Positions 9,018-18,698 of a DNA stretch of 64,000 bases are shown one piece after another. The DNA comes from a bacterium (GTDB taxonomy: Bacteria > UBA8248): positions 3,136,001 through 3,200,000 of the forward strand of contig OZ244799.1 of the NCBI GenBank assembly GCA_965219955.1, in the 5' to 3' direction. Made by a program: the position numbers and the translations under genes. Numbering within the stretch: the stretch's first letter is position 1; each line of letters opens with the position of its first letter. The notes beneath the pieces were generated by a model that did no database searches, was not told the origin of the DNA, and worked only from the letters and a program-made list of their open reading frames with translations.

Positions 9018-9485
9018 ATGCTAAAACGGATTTTTGCAATTACAGGTGTTTTTGTCCTGGGCATTTCAGGCTGTGTCTCAGTAGAGGAATTGGCCCGACA
9101 GGAATTGGGAAGTGTCGCCGAACACAAGAGGATTTTCGTGGAGTGCAAGGGAAAGGTGTTTGCGTTCAGGGAATGGATTGAAAAGAAGAAGGTGCTTTTC
9201 ACGAAACGAGAAAGGCGCACCAAAAGCAGTCGGGTATATGCGAAATGTCTTGAGGAAAAGCTCGGGGTGGTTTTGGCAGACGTTGTTCCCACGACCAGCC
9301 TCGATATTCAATCCAAAACATCGTTGCGGTTTTATAATGTTGGGCTCTTAGCTGAACGATTTTTTGAGCGTGCTCGAAAATGGGATGAGGTCATCCACGA
9401 AAACGGCGAGCCGTGGAAAGGGTACTGGCTAGAACACAATGAGATGATAGATAAGTGGCGAAAGATATACAAGGATGCAAATTAG
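9018..9485 (+). CDS. Hypothetical lipoprotein
   Basis: MLKR + hydrophobic stretch + ISG-C lipobox; starts right after the upstream stop. Confidence 0.65.
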   Translation: MLKRIFAITGVFVLGISGCVSVEELARQELGSVAEHKRIFVECKGKVFAFREWIEKKKVLFTKRERRTKSSRVYAKCLEEKLGVVLADVVPTTSLDIQSKTSLRFYNVGLLAERFFERARKWDEVIHENGEPWKGYWLEHNEMIDKWRKIYKDAN

Positions 9486-9494
9486 GAATTCTGC

Positions 9495-9797
9495 TCACAT
9501 TTTGCTTTTCTGAATTTTCAGTTGGAGTATCTCGCTTTGAGTTTCCCTTGTGTTCTCGATTAAAGAAGCAAGTTCTTCTTTCGGAGGCCAGCGTTCGTGC
9601 CAGTCAAACTCTAGTTCAGGGCGGGGTTTGAATGTGTTTTCTTCAGCGGAATCGTCCCATGTGAGGTAAGCGAGCATTCGTTTCAGTTCTTTCGAAAGCC
9701 TTGCGGTTTTCGCTTCGAGGCAAGCGAGGGTTCTTTCGCAACTATCAAGAGCGACGATAACATGTTCTCTTTCCTTCCTTTTTTCTTCCTCGTTCAC
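9495..9797 (-). CDS. Hypothetical coiled-coil-like protein
   Basis: 100-aa charged helical ORF; start overlaps the IS1595 transposase stop (GTGA). Confidence 0.45.
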   Translation of the reverse strand: MNEEEKRKEREHVIVALDSCERTLACLEAKTARLSKELKRMLAYLTWDDSAEENTFKPRPELEFDWHERWPPKEELASLIENTRETQSEILQLKIQKSKM

Positions 9798-10290
9798 GCC
9801 GCCAAACCCTTGTATGATAGCCGCTTTCCCGTGAATCCTTCCGCTATTCTCCGCATCTGATCGGCGGTGTCTACAGACCGCTGGTTGTGGTGTCCCTCAA
9901 GCTCGTTCACGTAGCGTTGCAGGTGCTTGTTGCTGTTCTTGTGGTAGGTGCCATAAAGCCCTCTTTTGGGCATAGCCAAAATAACTCCACGCCGTTGCTA
10001 TGCGCCTGTTCCCTCACGTATTCCCCCGCGCTGTGCTTCATGGATTCATGCTCAAATCCACCATGTCTCAATAGCAGGGATTGTCGTCCGTGTAGAGCGT
10101 GGCACCCATGACGGCGTTCTCCCGCACGAAGCCCTGCAAGGTGGGCTTGTCTGGTGACCCGCCCCATTCCTCGCCCAGCTTCACGACTTCGGCGGAATCC
10201 TTGTTTGTGCTTCGGTCTTTCATGCCTATAACCGCCGTTTTCCCCAATGGCCTCTATGCCTGTCTGAGATCGCGGCCTCGGGCCGTTCAC
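9794..10290 (-). pseudogene. Frameshifted, 5'-truncated IS1595-family (ISXO2-like) transposase
   Basis: Fragments in different frames: GKTAVIGMKDR, TLQGFV...LYTDD, HSAGEYVR..AHSNGVE.FW, KRG.YGTYH...KHLQRYVNE. Confidence 0.85.
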
Positions 10291-10498
10291 AAGAACGTCC
10301 CACCACGAGGCGGTGCGGTTTTGTCCGTCATTCCGGTGTCAGTCCCGGCCGGGGAGGGAGTGATTGTGCGGCCGCGCGGAAAACGGACAGTCTGTGCGTT
10401 TGGAATGTTCGAACTTGAGACCCGGCTTTCTCGCCGTAGCAAAGAAAAGTGACGCACCCCTAAGAACAAGCGCGCCGTGTCCGCAAAGAGGCGCATTG

Positions 10499-10522
10499 GC
10501 CCCCTGCTAAAAAGCAAGGGGC
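10499..10522. terminator. Hairpin downstream of nuoN2, possible terminator
   Basis: GCCCC-C-TGCT AAAA AGCA-A-GGGGC; no clear U-tract. Confidence 0.35.
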
Positions 10523-10553
10523 GGGCGTACGATTCAGATGTTGCGTGTGATTG

Positions 10554-12056
10554 CTAGATGAAGCCGGCGACGGTGCCCTTCGCCGCGTCCAGGAAGCTGC
10601 CCGGGAAGATGCCCAGCAGAAGCGTCCCCACCACCAGCACCACCATCGCGAAGAAGAGCGAGGGCGCGCTCGAGAGGCTCATCACCTCCTGGGTCTCGCC
10701 CCGGTTCTCCATGTACAACACCATGATGATGCGCCCGTAGTAGTACATCGAGACCGCGCTCATCACGAGCCCGATGGCGGCGAGCCAGTAATACTCGTTC
10801 TGCACCGCCGCGGCGAACAGGTAGAGCTTGCCGACGAAGCCGGCCGTCGGCGGTATGCCGCCGAGCGAGAGCAGGAACACCACGAAGGCCATGCCCGCCC
10901 AGGGATGCGCCTGCCCGATTCCCTTCCAGTCCTCGATGTTGTCGCCCCGGTAGCCGTCGCGGCACACGAGAATCAGCATCCCGAAGGCCCCGAGGTTCGT
11001 GAACAGGTAGGCGAGCAGATAGAACGCCACCGCGCTGATGCCGATGTCGGTGAACGTCACCTTGCCGTCCACGACGCTCATGGAGACCACCACGCCCATC
11101 AGCACGTAGCCCGCATGCCCGATGCTCGAATACGCCAGCATGCGCTTGAGGCTCGTCTGCGCGATGGCCGCCACGTTCCCCCACACCATCGTGAACGCCG
11201 TGAGCACCCACAACAGGGTGTTCCAGCTCTCGGCCATGGCCGGGAACGCCACGAAGAATATCCGCATCAGGGCGGCCACGGTCGCGAACTTGACGGCCAC
11301 GGACATGAAGCCCGTGATCGGCGTCGGCGCGCCCGTATAGGCGTCGGGCAGCCACATGTGGAACGGCGCCAGCGCCAGCTTGAAGCCGAAGCCCGCGACG
11401 AGGAGGATGAGGCCGAAAATCATCGCCGGGTTCTGCGCGATGGCGGCGCCGCCCGAGCCCGCGAACGCCTCCGCGATTCCGCGAATCGAGGTCGTTCCGG
11501 TAAACCCGTAGGTAAGCGCCATGCCGTAGAGCAGGACGCCCGAGGCGAAGGCGCCCATCAGGAAATACTTGAGGCCCGCCTCCCGGCTCAGGGGGTCGTG
11601 CCGCATGAACGCCACGAGCACGTAGATGCTGATGCTCATGGTTTCGAGCCCCAGATAGACGGTGAGCAAATCGTTGCCCGAGGCCATCACGAGCATCCCG
11701 AACACCGAGAAGAGCAGCATGGCGTAGAATTCGCCGTAGTTGATCTTCTCCACCTTTGCGTATTGAAGCATCAGCAGGATGGAGATGGCCGTACAGGCCA
11801 GCACGCACACCTTCACGAACACGCTCATGTTGTCGACTACGTAAAAGCCGTTGAACGTCGTTCTCGCGCCCTCGCCCCATTGCCCGAAGGCGACGAGCCC
11901 CAGGATAACGACCCCCACGAACGCCACGACGCCCACGCGGGATTTGTTCTCCATCGACACGAACAGGTCGAGGATCAGGACCGTGCAGACGAGTATGGCC
12001 AGCCCGATTTCGGGAAGCGCCAGGGATAAGGCGATGTCGGGAATCACCACTTCCAT
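10554..12056 (-). CDS. nuoN: NADH-quinone oxidoreductase subunit N (operon 2)
   Basis: EAGLKYF, FKLALAPFHMW.PD.Y.GAP, KRMLAYSSI.HAGY, GIPPTAGFVGK. Confidence 0.97.
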   Translation of the reverse strand: MEVVIPDIALSLALPEIGLAILVCTVLILDLFVSMENKSRVGVVAFVGVVILGLVAFGQWGEGARTTFNGFYVVDNMSVFVKVCVLACTAISILLMLQYAKVEKINYGEFYAMLLFSVFGMLVMASGNDLLTVYLGLETMSISIYVLVAFMRHDPLSREAGLKYFLMGAFASGVLLYGMALTYGFTGTTSIRGIAEAFAGSGGAAIAQNPAMIFGLILLVAGFGFKLALAPFHMWLPDAYTGAPTPITGFMSVAVKFATVAALMRIFFVAFPAMAESWNTLLWVLTAFTMVWGNVAAIAQTSLKRMLAYSSIGHAGYVLMGVVVSMSVVDGKVTFTDIGISAVAFYLLAYLFTNLGAFGMLILVCRDGYRGDNIEDWKGIGQAHPWAGMAFVVFLLSLGGIPPTAGFVGKLYLFAAAVQNEYYWLAAIGLVMSAVSMYYYGRIIMVLYMENRGETQEVMSLSSAPSLFFAMVVLVVGTLLLGIFPGSFLDAAKGTVAGFI

Positions 12057-12091
12057 CAGAAAGACTCCATCAATTCAAGCGAAAACGCTGT

Positions 12092-13639
12092 TTATTTCTC
12101 GAGCTTCGTCATTTTGCCGAGCGCGGCCTTTTGCGGAACCTCCGCCACGTTCACCATCTTCACGACCTTCTTCACGCTCGCCTCCATCCTCCCGAGGAAC
12201 GGCTTGGGATACAGGCCGATCCAGAACATCAGGATGATCAGCGGCATCAGGTAGAGAACCTCGCGCGCGTTGCAGTCGGTGAGCTTCTCGTTCTCCGGAT
12301 TATCCAGCGTCCCGAAGAACACCCGCTGGAAGAGCCAGAGCATGTACGCCGCTCCCAGGACGATGCCGATGACGGCGAACGCGGCGTACACGTAGCTCTT
12401 CTTGAACGCGCCGATGAGGATCAGGAACTCGCCCACGAATCCGTTCAGCCCCGGCAGGCCGATGCTGCTCAGCATCGTGATGGCGAAGAGCACCGTATAG
12501 ACCGGCACGATTTTCGAGAGGCCGCCGTAGTCGGAGATGAGCCGCGTATGACGCCTCTCGTAAACGACGCCCACCAGGAGGAACAAGGCGCCCGTGCTGA
12601 TCCCGTGGTTGATCATCTGGAGCTGTCCGCCGAGCACGCCCTGCTCGTTCAAGGCGAAAACGCCCAGCATCACGAAGCCCAGGTGGCTCACAGAGGAATA
12701 GGCCACCAGTTTCTTGATGTCGGTCTGCGCCATGGCCACCAGCGCCCCGTAGATGATGCCGATGATGGAGAGCAACACCATGAAGGGCACGAAAACCTGG
12801 CTCGCCTGGGGCAGCAGGGGCAGGGCGAAGCGCACGAATCCGTAGGTTCCCATTTTCAACAGGATGCCCGCCAGGATCACGCTGCCCGCCGTGGGCGCTT
12901 CCACGTGCGCGTCCGGCAGCCAGGTGTGGAAGGGGAACATGGGGACCTTGATGGCGAAGCCGATGAAGAACGCCAGGAATATCCATATCTGGAGCGATAA
13001 CGGAATCTTCGGCCCCACGGCGTAGAGTTCCACCAGATCGAACGTGAGGGTCCCGGTGCCCATTTTCAGGTTGGCGAAGTAGTACGCCAGAATTCCCAAC
13101 AGCATCAACACGCTGCCGAACAGCGTATAGAGGAAGAACTTGATCGCCGCGTAGAGCTTCCTCGGCCCGCCCCACACGCCGATGAGGAAGTACATCGGCA
13201 CCAAGGTGATCTCGAAGAACACGTAGAAGAGGAAAATATCGAGCGCGATGAAGGTGCCCAGCATGCCGGTCGCCAGCAAGAGGAGGCAGACGTAGTATTC
13301 TTTTTCGCGCTCCTCGATGGCGGTGAACGAGCACACGACCCCTATGATCATCGTCAGCGTCGTGAGCAGGACGAGCAGCACGCTGATCCCGTCGATGCCG
13401 ACGAAATAGCTCACCCCGATGGTGGGTATCCAGCTCACCTTCTCCACGAACTGAAAGCCGGCTTCGGCCTGATCGAAAAGGAACCATAAGGGAAGTGAAA
13501 TCAGGAAGTCCAAGACCACCACCGCCGTGGCGAAACCCTTGATGGCTTTCGTCTGCTCTTTCTTCATGAAGAGCATGATAATCACCGCGCCCAACGCGGG
13601 CAGGAAGGTGATCAGCGTAAGAAGCGGCATGTTACTCAT
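12092..13639 (-). CDS. nuoM: Subunit M (operon 2)
   Basis: FYVFFE, AIKVPMFPFHTWLPDAHVEAP, LLKMGTY, GFVGEF. Confidence 0.97.
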   Translation of the reverse strand: MSNMPLLTLITFLPALGAVIIMLFMKKEQTKAIKGFATAVVVLDFLISLPLWFLFDQAEAGFQFVEKVSWIPTIGVSYFVGIDGISVLLVLLTTLTMIIGVVCSFTAIEEREKEYYVCLLLLATGMLGTFIALDIFLFYVFFEITLVPMYFLIGVWGGPRKLYAAIKFFLYTLFGSVLMLLGILAYYFANLKMGTGTLTFDLVELYAVGPKIPLSLQIWIFLAFFIGFAIKVPMFPFHTWLPDAHVEAPTAGSVILAGILLKMGTYGFVRFALPLLPQASQVFVPFMVLLSIIGIIYGALVAMAQTDIKKLVAYSSVSHLGFVMLGVFALNEQGVLGGQLQMINHGISTGALFLLVGVVYERRHTRLISDYGGLSKIVPVYTVLFAITMLSSIGLPGLNGFVGEFLILIGAFKKSYVYAAFAVIGIVLGAAYMLWLFQRVFFGTLDNPENEKLTDCNAREVLYLMPLIILMFWIGLYPKPFLGRMEASVKKVVKMVNVAEVPQKAALGKMTKLEK

Positions 13640-13662
13640 AGTTCCTCCAAAACCTCATCGCA

Positions 13663-15684
13663 TCAGCGGAAAAGGTACGCGCTCAGCATCACGAAGATGC
13701 CCAACAGCATCACGAAAAGATAATTCTGAACCATTCCGGATTGCAGGTATTTGAATACCTGGGAGAAAAAGCGGATGAAGCTCGCCGTGCCGTTCACCGC
13801 GCCGTCCACCGTCCGGAGGTCGAAAATGCCCGAGAAGCGGCTCGACACGACGGTGATGAGCGAACTGCCGTTCACCGCGCCGTCCACCACTTTCGCATCG
13901 AAGGTCCACAGGCCGCGCATGAGCTTGTATGTCGGCTCGACGATGCAGGCCTGGTAAATCTCGTCGATATAGTACTTGCCGAGCAGCAGACGATACATGC
14001 CCGTAAAACGCTCGTACAGGCGATTCGGCGCCTCGGTGTCCCTCACGTACATGTGCCACGCCAGGGCGATCCCGCCCACGGCGACGGCGATGGCCAGGAT
14101 GATCAGGAGCACCACGGCAGGCCCGCTGTGCCCGCCGCCGGCCGCGGCGTTCATCAGGTGAACGCCCTGGTCCATGGCGTGGCCGCCCGCCGGCATCTTC
14201 GCCAGAGAGGGCGCCAGGAAGCGGTGTATCCAGCCGGCCTCGGGAGGGAATCCGGGAATCACGCCGCCGATGACGCTCAGGACGGCCAGGATGACGAGTG
14301 GAACCGTCATCGTGGAGGGTGATTCGTGAATGTATTCGCGGGCGTGATGGTCGACGCGCATCTCTCCGTGAAACGTCATGAAGATGAGCCGGAACATGTA
14401 GAAGGCCGTCATGAAGGCCGCAACGGTGCCCATGATCCAGACCGTGTAGTGCCCCGTGAAGAAGGCGTTCGCCAGAATCTCGTCCTTGCTCCAGAAGCCC
14501 GCGAGCGGCGGCACCCCCGCAATGGCGATAGCGCCTATCAGGAACGTCCAGTACGTGATGGGCATCTTGTCCTTCAAGCCGCCCATGTAGCGCATGTCCT
14601 GCTGCTGATCCTCGGGCGCGTGGTGAAGCGCGTGGATGACGCTGCCGCTGCCCAAAAAGAGCAGGCCCTTGAAGAAGGCGTGGGTCATCAGGTGGAAGAT
14701 GCCGGCCGTGAATGCGCCCACGCCCAGCGCCATGAACATGAAGCCGAGCTGGCTCACCGTGCTGTAGGCGAGCACGCGCTTGATGTCGTTTTGCACCAGG
14801 CCGATGCTCGCGGCGAACAGGCCCGTGAGCGCGCCGACGATGGCGATGACGCTCATCGCGTCCGGCCCCATGACGTAGATGGGGCTCGTGCGCGCGACCA
14901 TGTAGACGCCCGCCGTCACCATGGTGGCGGCGTGGATGAGCGCGCTCACAGGGGTGGGGCCTTCCATGGCGTCGGGAAGCCAGACGTAGAGCGGAATCTG
15001 CGCGCTCTTGCCGATGGCGCCGACGAACAGCAGGAGACCGACGGCCGAGGCCGCCGCCGCGCTCATCTCGGGAGCCGCCTTGAAGACCTCCGTGTAGGTG
15101 AGGCTGCCGGTCAGCGTCCAGATGAGGAACATGCCGAGCAGAAAGCCCGCGTCGCCGATGCGGTTGACGATGAACGCCTTTTTGCCCGCGTCGGAAGCGG
15201 ATTGCTTCTCGTACCAGAAGCCGATGAGCAGATAGCTGCAAAGGCCCACGCCCTCCCAGCCGACGAACATGACGAGATAGTTGTCGCCCAGCACCAGGAG
15301 GAACATCGAGAGCATGAACAGGTTGAGCCAGGTGAAAAAGCGCGGGTAGCCCGGGTCTCCGTGCATGTAGCCCACGGCGTAGACGTGCACCAGAAAGCCC
15401 ACGCCCGACACCACGAGCAGCATGATGGTGCTCAGCGGATCGATCAGGAAGCTCATGGACACGCTGAGGCTCCCCGCTTCCACCCACGTCCAGAGCGGCA
15501 CGGTGTGGCTGCCGCCCGCGCCGAATATCATCTCTACGGCGATGCCCAGCACCACGAGAAACGACAGGCCCGCCATGACGGAAGCGATGGGGCCCGCCTT
15601 CTCGCCCACGTTCTTTCCGAAGAATCCGTTGATCAGAACCCCGATCACCGGAAAAACGGGAATGAGCCAAGCCAGTTCGATCAT
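13663..15684 (-). CDS. nuoL: Subunit L (operon 2) with 26-aa duplicated transverse helix
   Basis: GKSAQIPLYVWLPDAMEGPTP, HAFFK; FD...VDGAVNG occurs twice, 26 aa apart. Confidence 0.97.
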   Translation of the reverse strand: MIELAWLIPVFPVIGVLINGFFGKNVGEKAGPIASVMAGLSFLVVLGIAVEMIFGAGGSHTVPLWTWVEAGSLSVSMSFLIDPLSTIMLLVVSGVGFLVHVYAVGYMHGDPGYPRFFTWLNLFMLSMFLLVLGDNYLVMFVGWEGVGLCSYLLIGFWYEKQSASDAGKKAFIVNRIGDAGFLLGMFLIWTLTGSLTYTEVFKAAPEMSAAAASAVGLLLFVGAIGKSAQIPLYVWLPDAMEGPTPVSALIHAATMVTAGVYMVARTSPIYVMGPDAMSVIAIVGALTGLFAASIGLVQNDIKRVLAYSTVSQLGFMFMALGVGAFTAGIFHLMTHAFFKGLLFLGSGSVIHALHHAPEDQQQDMRYMGGLKDKMPITYWTFLIGAIAIAGVPPLAGFWSKDEILANAFFTGHYTVWIMGTVAAFMTAFYMFRLIFMTFHGEMRVDHHAREYIHESPSTMTVPLVILAVLSVIGGVIPGFPPEAGWIHRFLAPSLAKMPAGGHAMDQGVHLMNAAAGGGHSGPAVVLLIILAIAVAVGGIALAWHMYVRDTEAPNRLYERFTGMYRLLLGKYYIDEIYQACIVEPTYKLMRGLWTFDAKVVDGAVNGSSLITVVSSRFSGIFDLRTVDGAVNGTASFIRFFSQVFKYLQSGMVQNYLFVMLLGIFVMLSAYLFR

Positions 15685-15691
15685 GATTCCC

Positions 15692-15994
15692 CTACCACTT
15701 CAAAAGGTTGACTTCGTCCACGTTGACCATCGTACGGTCGCGGTTCAGGGCGATGAGAATCGCAAGTCCCACGGCCGCCTCGCACGCCGCCACCGTGATG
15801 ACGAAGATCGCGAACACCTGTCCCGTCATATCCGCCAGATGGCGCGAGAAGCCCACGAAAGTCACGTTCACGGCGTTGAGCATCAATTCGATCGACAACA
15901 GGATGATGATGGCGTTGCGGCGCATCAGCACGCCCATCGCGCCGATGAGGAACAAGATGGCGCCCAGGACTAGAAAATGGGTCATCGATATCAT
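15692..15994 (-). CDS. nuoK: Subunit K (operon 2)
   Basis: 100 aa; [20 protein letters not shown]. Confidence 0.96.
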   Translation of the reverse strand: MISMTHFLVLGAILFLIGAMGVLMRRNAIIILLSIELMLNAVNVTFVGFSRHLADMTGQVFAIFVITVAACEAAVGLAILIALNRDRTMVNVDEVNLLKW

Positions 15995-16013
15995 AGCGGG
16001 TTCTCTCTCCCCT

Positions 16014-16523
16014 TTATCGCTCTATCCTGCGCTTCGCGAGAACGATGGCGCCGATCATCGCGGCCAGCAGGAGGATGGAGGCCACCTCGAAAGGGAACAG
16101 GAATTTCGTGTACAGGACCGCGCCCAGGGCCTCGACGTTGCCCGGCGTGGCTCCCAGCGACCACTCCCATTGCTTGGGCTTCGCGAACTCCACATCCCCC
16201 AGCACGGCCCATATTTCCAGGCCCAGCAGGACGGCCGCCACGAGCACCACGACGCCCTGGCGGTGCCACTGCCGCATCCGCACGGCCACCTCCACGTTCA
16301 TCAGCATGATCGAGAACAGGTAGAGCACCATGATGCCGCCCGCGTAGAGCAGAATCTGCACCGCCGCCAGAAACTCCGCTCCCGCCAGCACGAAGACGCC
16401 CGCGAGGAAGAAGAACGTCAGCACCAGCAGCAAGGCCGCGTGAATCACGTTCGCGCGCGTGATCATCAGCAAGGAGGTGAGGATCATCCCGCCTGCGAAC
16501 ATATAGAAGAAATATAGCTCCAC
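16014..16523 (-). CDS. nuoJ: Subunit J (operon 2)
   Basis: [29 protein letters not shown]. Confidence 0.95.
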   Translation of the reverse strand: MELYFFYMFAGGMILTSLLMITRANVIHAALLLVLTFFFLAGVFVLAGAEFLAAVQILLYAGGIMVLYLFSIMLMNVEVAVRMRQWHRQGVVVLVAAVLLGLEIWAVLGDVEFAKPKQWEWSLGATPGNVEALGAVLYTKFLFPFEVASILLLAAMIGAIVLAKRRIER

Positions 16524-16542
16524 CCTGCGTATCTCCCGCGAG

Positions 16543-17514
16543 TTACAAGAACAGGTACTTCAGGAATCCGGTCAGGAAAATGTTGATCATCACGAGCGGG
16601 AACATGAACTTCCAGCCCACGCGCATCAGCTGATCGTAGCGGTAGCGCGGCAGCGTCGCCCGCAACCATATGAACACGAACATGAATACGGAGAGCTTCA
16701 GCATGTACCAGACGAAGCCGGGAAGCGGAATGAAATCCGGTCCTTCCCATCCGCCGAAGAACAGCACGATGCCCACCGTCGATACGACAAACATGTTGGC
16801 GTATTCCGCCAGAAAGAAGAACGCGAACTTCATCCCGCTGTATTCGGTGTGGAAGCCCGCCACGAGTTCGGTCTCCGCCTCGGGCAGGTCGAAGGGCGCG
16901 CGGTTCGTCTCCGCCATCGCCGCGATGAAGAAGACGATAAAGGCTATCGGCTGATAGAACACGAACCACACGTCGCTCTGCGCGTGCACGATCTCCTGTA
17001 AGTTCATGGAACCCGCGAGCATCAGCGGCCCGATGACGGAGAAGCCCAGGAAAATCTCGTAGCTCAGCATCTGCGCCGCGCTCCTGAGCGCGCCCAGAAG
17101 CGAGTACTTGCTGTTCGAGGCCCAGCCCGCCATCACGATGCCGAACACGCCGAGCGAACTGATCGCCAGGATGAAGAACAGCCCGATGTTGATTTGCGTG
17201 ATGTAGAACGTCGCGCTGAAGGGCAGCACCGCGTAGACGACCAGGGCGGGCACCAGCACCATCACGGGCGCCAGGACGAACACGATGCGGTCCGACTTGT
17301 CGGGGATGATGTCTTCTTTCAGGAACAGCTTCAGTCCGTCCGCTATCGGCTGGAGAAGCCCGTGCCAGCCCACGCGCATGGGTCCCAGGCGCATCTGGAC
17401 GTGGGCGATCACCTTTCGCTCGACGTAGATCGTATACGCCACCGCGAGCTGCACGACGTTTACTACGATGAATATCTTTATCGCGGCGACCGCGATTTCA
17501 AGCGCCATGTCCAA
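16543..17514 (-). CDS. nuoH: Subunit H (operon 2)
   Basis: [37 protein letters not shown]. Confidence 0.97.
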   Translation of the reverse strand: MDMALEIAVAAIKIFIVVNVVQLAVAYTIYVERKVIAHVQMRLGPMRVGWHGLLQPIADGLKLFLKEDIIPDKSDRIVFVLAPVMVLVPALVVYAVLPFSATFYITQINIGLFFILAISSLGVFGIVMAGWASNSKYSLLGALRSAAQMLSYEIFLGFSVIGPLMLAGSMNLQEIVHAQSDVWFVFYQPIAFIVFFIAAMAETNRAPFDLPEAETELVAGFHTEYSGMKFAFFFLAEYANMFVVSTVGIVLFFGGWEGPDFIPLPGFVWYMLKLSVFMFVFIWLRATLPRYRYDQLMRVGWKFMFPLVMINIFLTGFLKYLFL

Positions 17515-17526
17515 CGATACTACTCC

Positions 17527-18669
17527 TTACCGATCACACTCGCCCAAAACGATGTCGATGCTACCGATGATAGCCACCACGTCCGCGACCAACTGCCCGA
17601 CGCACAGCTTCTTGAGCCCGCCGAGGTTGATGAATGAGGGCGGGCGGATGCGGACGCGATAGGGCGTCGTCGTTCCATCGCTCACGATGTAGAAACCGAA
17701 CTCGCCCTTGGGGTTCTCGATGCTGTGGTATATCTCGCCCTCGGGGGGCTTGATGGTTCGCGGCGTCTTGCAGGTCACCGGCCCGCCGGGAAGCTGCTCC
17801 AGGCACTGCTGGATGATGCGGGTGCTCTGGCGCAACTCCTCGATGCGCACCAGATAACGGTCGTAGATGTCGCCGTTCTCGCCGACGGGCACGACGAAGT
17901 CGAGATAGGGATACGCGGCGTAGGGCTTGGCGCGCCTCAGGTCCCAACGCACGCCGCTGCCCCGGATGATCGGGCCCGTGAGGCCCAAGTCCATCGCGTC
18001 CTCGGCGGAGATGATGCCCACGTCGCGCGTCCTCTGCAGCCAGATGCGGTTGTTGGTGAGCAGCGTCTCGTAATCGTCGACCCGGCTCGGGAAAAGATCG
18101 ACGAACTCCTGCGTGAGCTGCAGGAACTTGTCCGGCACGTCCTCGTGCAGACCCCCGAGCCGGAAGGCGTTCACCGTCAGGCGGCCGCCGAACGCCGTCT
18201 CGAAGAGATCGAGCACCATCTCGCGCTCCCTGAAGCACCACAGGAACACCGTCATCGCCCCGATGTCCAGGGCGTGCGTGGCGAGCCAGAGCAGATGGCT
18301 GGCGATGCGGGAGAGCTCCCCCACCATCGAGCGGATGTACTGCGCCCGCATGGGGATCTCCCAGTCGAAGAATTTCTCCACCGCCGTGACCCACGCGAGA
18401 TTGTTCGAGGGAGCCGCGATGTAGTCGAGGCGGTCCGTATAGGGGATGAACATCGTGTAGGTGATGTTCTCGCCGATCTTCTCGGTACCTCGGTGCAGGT
18501 AGCCGATGTCGCAGTCGAGATCGTTCACCGTCTCGCCGTCGAGCTTCAGGATGACCCGGAGCACTCCGTGCGTACTCGGGTGCTGGGGACCCATGTTGAT
18601 GACGAGTTCTTCCGTCCCGTGCAGGGTGCTCTGCTGCTCGATGCGAGACACGTTCGCTACGCCGACCAT
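17527..18669 (-). CDS. nuoD: Subunit D (operon 2), short form
   Basis: NMGPQHPSTHGVLR, GYLHRG.EK, DRLDY, DIVLGECDR. Confidence 0.96.
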   Translation of the reverse strand: MVGVANVSRIEQQSTLHGTEELVINMGPQHPSTHGVLRVILKLDGETVNDLDCDIGYLHRGTEKIGENITYTMFIPYTDRLDYIAAPSNNLAWVTAVEKFFDWEIPMRAQYIRSMVGELSRIASHLLWLATHALDIGAMTVFLWCFREREMVLDLFETAFGGRLTVNAFRLGGLHEDVPDKFLQLTQEFVDLFPSRVDDYETLLTNNRIWLQRTRDVGIISAEDAMDLGLTGPIIRGSGVRWDLRRAKPYAAYPYLDFVVPVGENGDIYDRYLVRIEELRQSTRIIQQCLEQLPGGPVTCKTPRTIKPPEGEIYHSIENPKGEFGFYIVSDGTTTPYRVRIRPPSFINLGGLKKLCVGQLVADVVAIIGSIDIVLGECDR

Positions 18670-18698
18670 TTCTTCATTCCCTCAAAAGCTGCGCTGCT

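Larger units (their letters stand above)
6382..10546. mobile_element. Small AT-richer genomic island between the duplicated nuoN 3' ends; no integrase visible
   Basis: 302-bp flanking direct repeats, visible composition shift, accessory genes, IS remnant. Confidence 0.75.
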
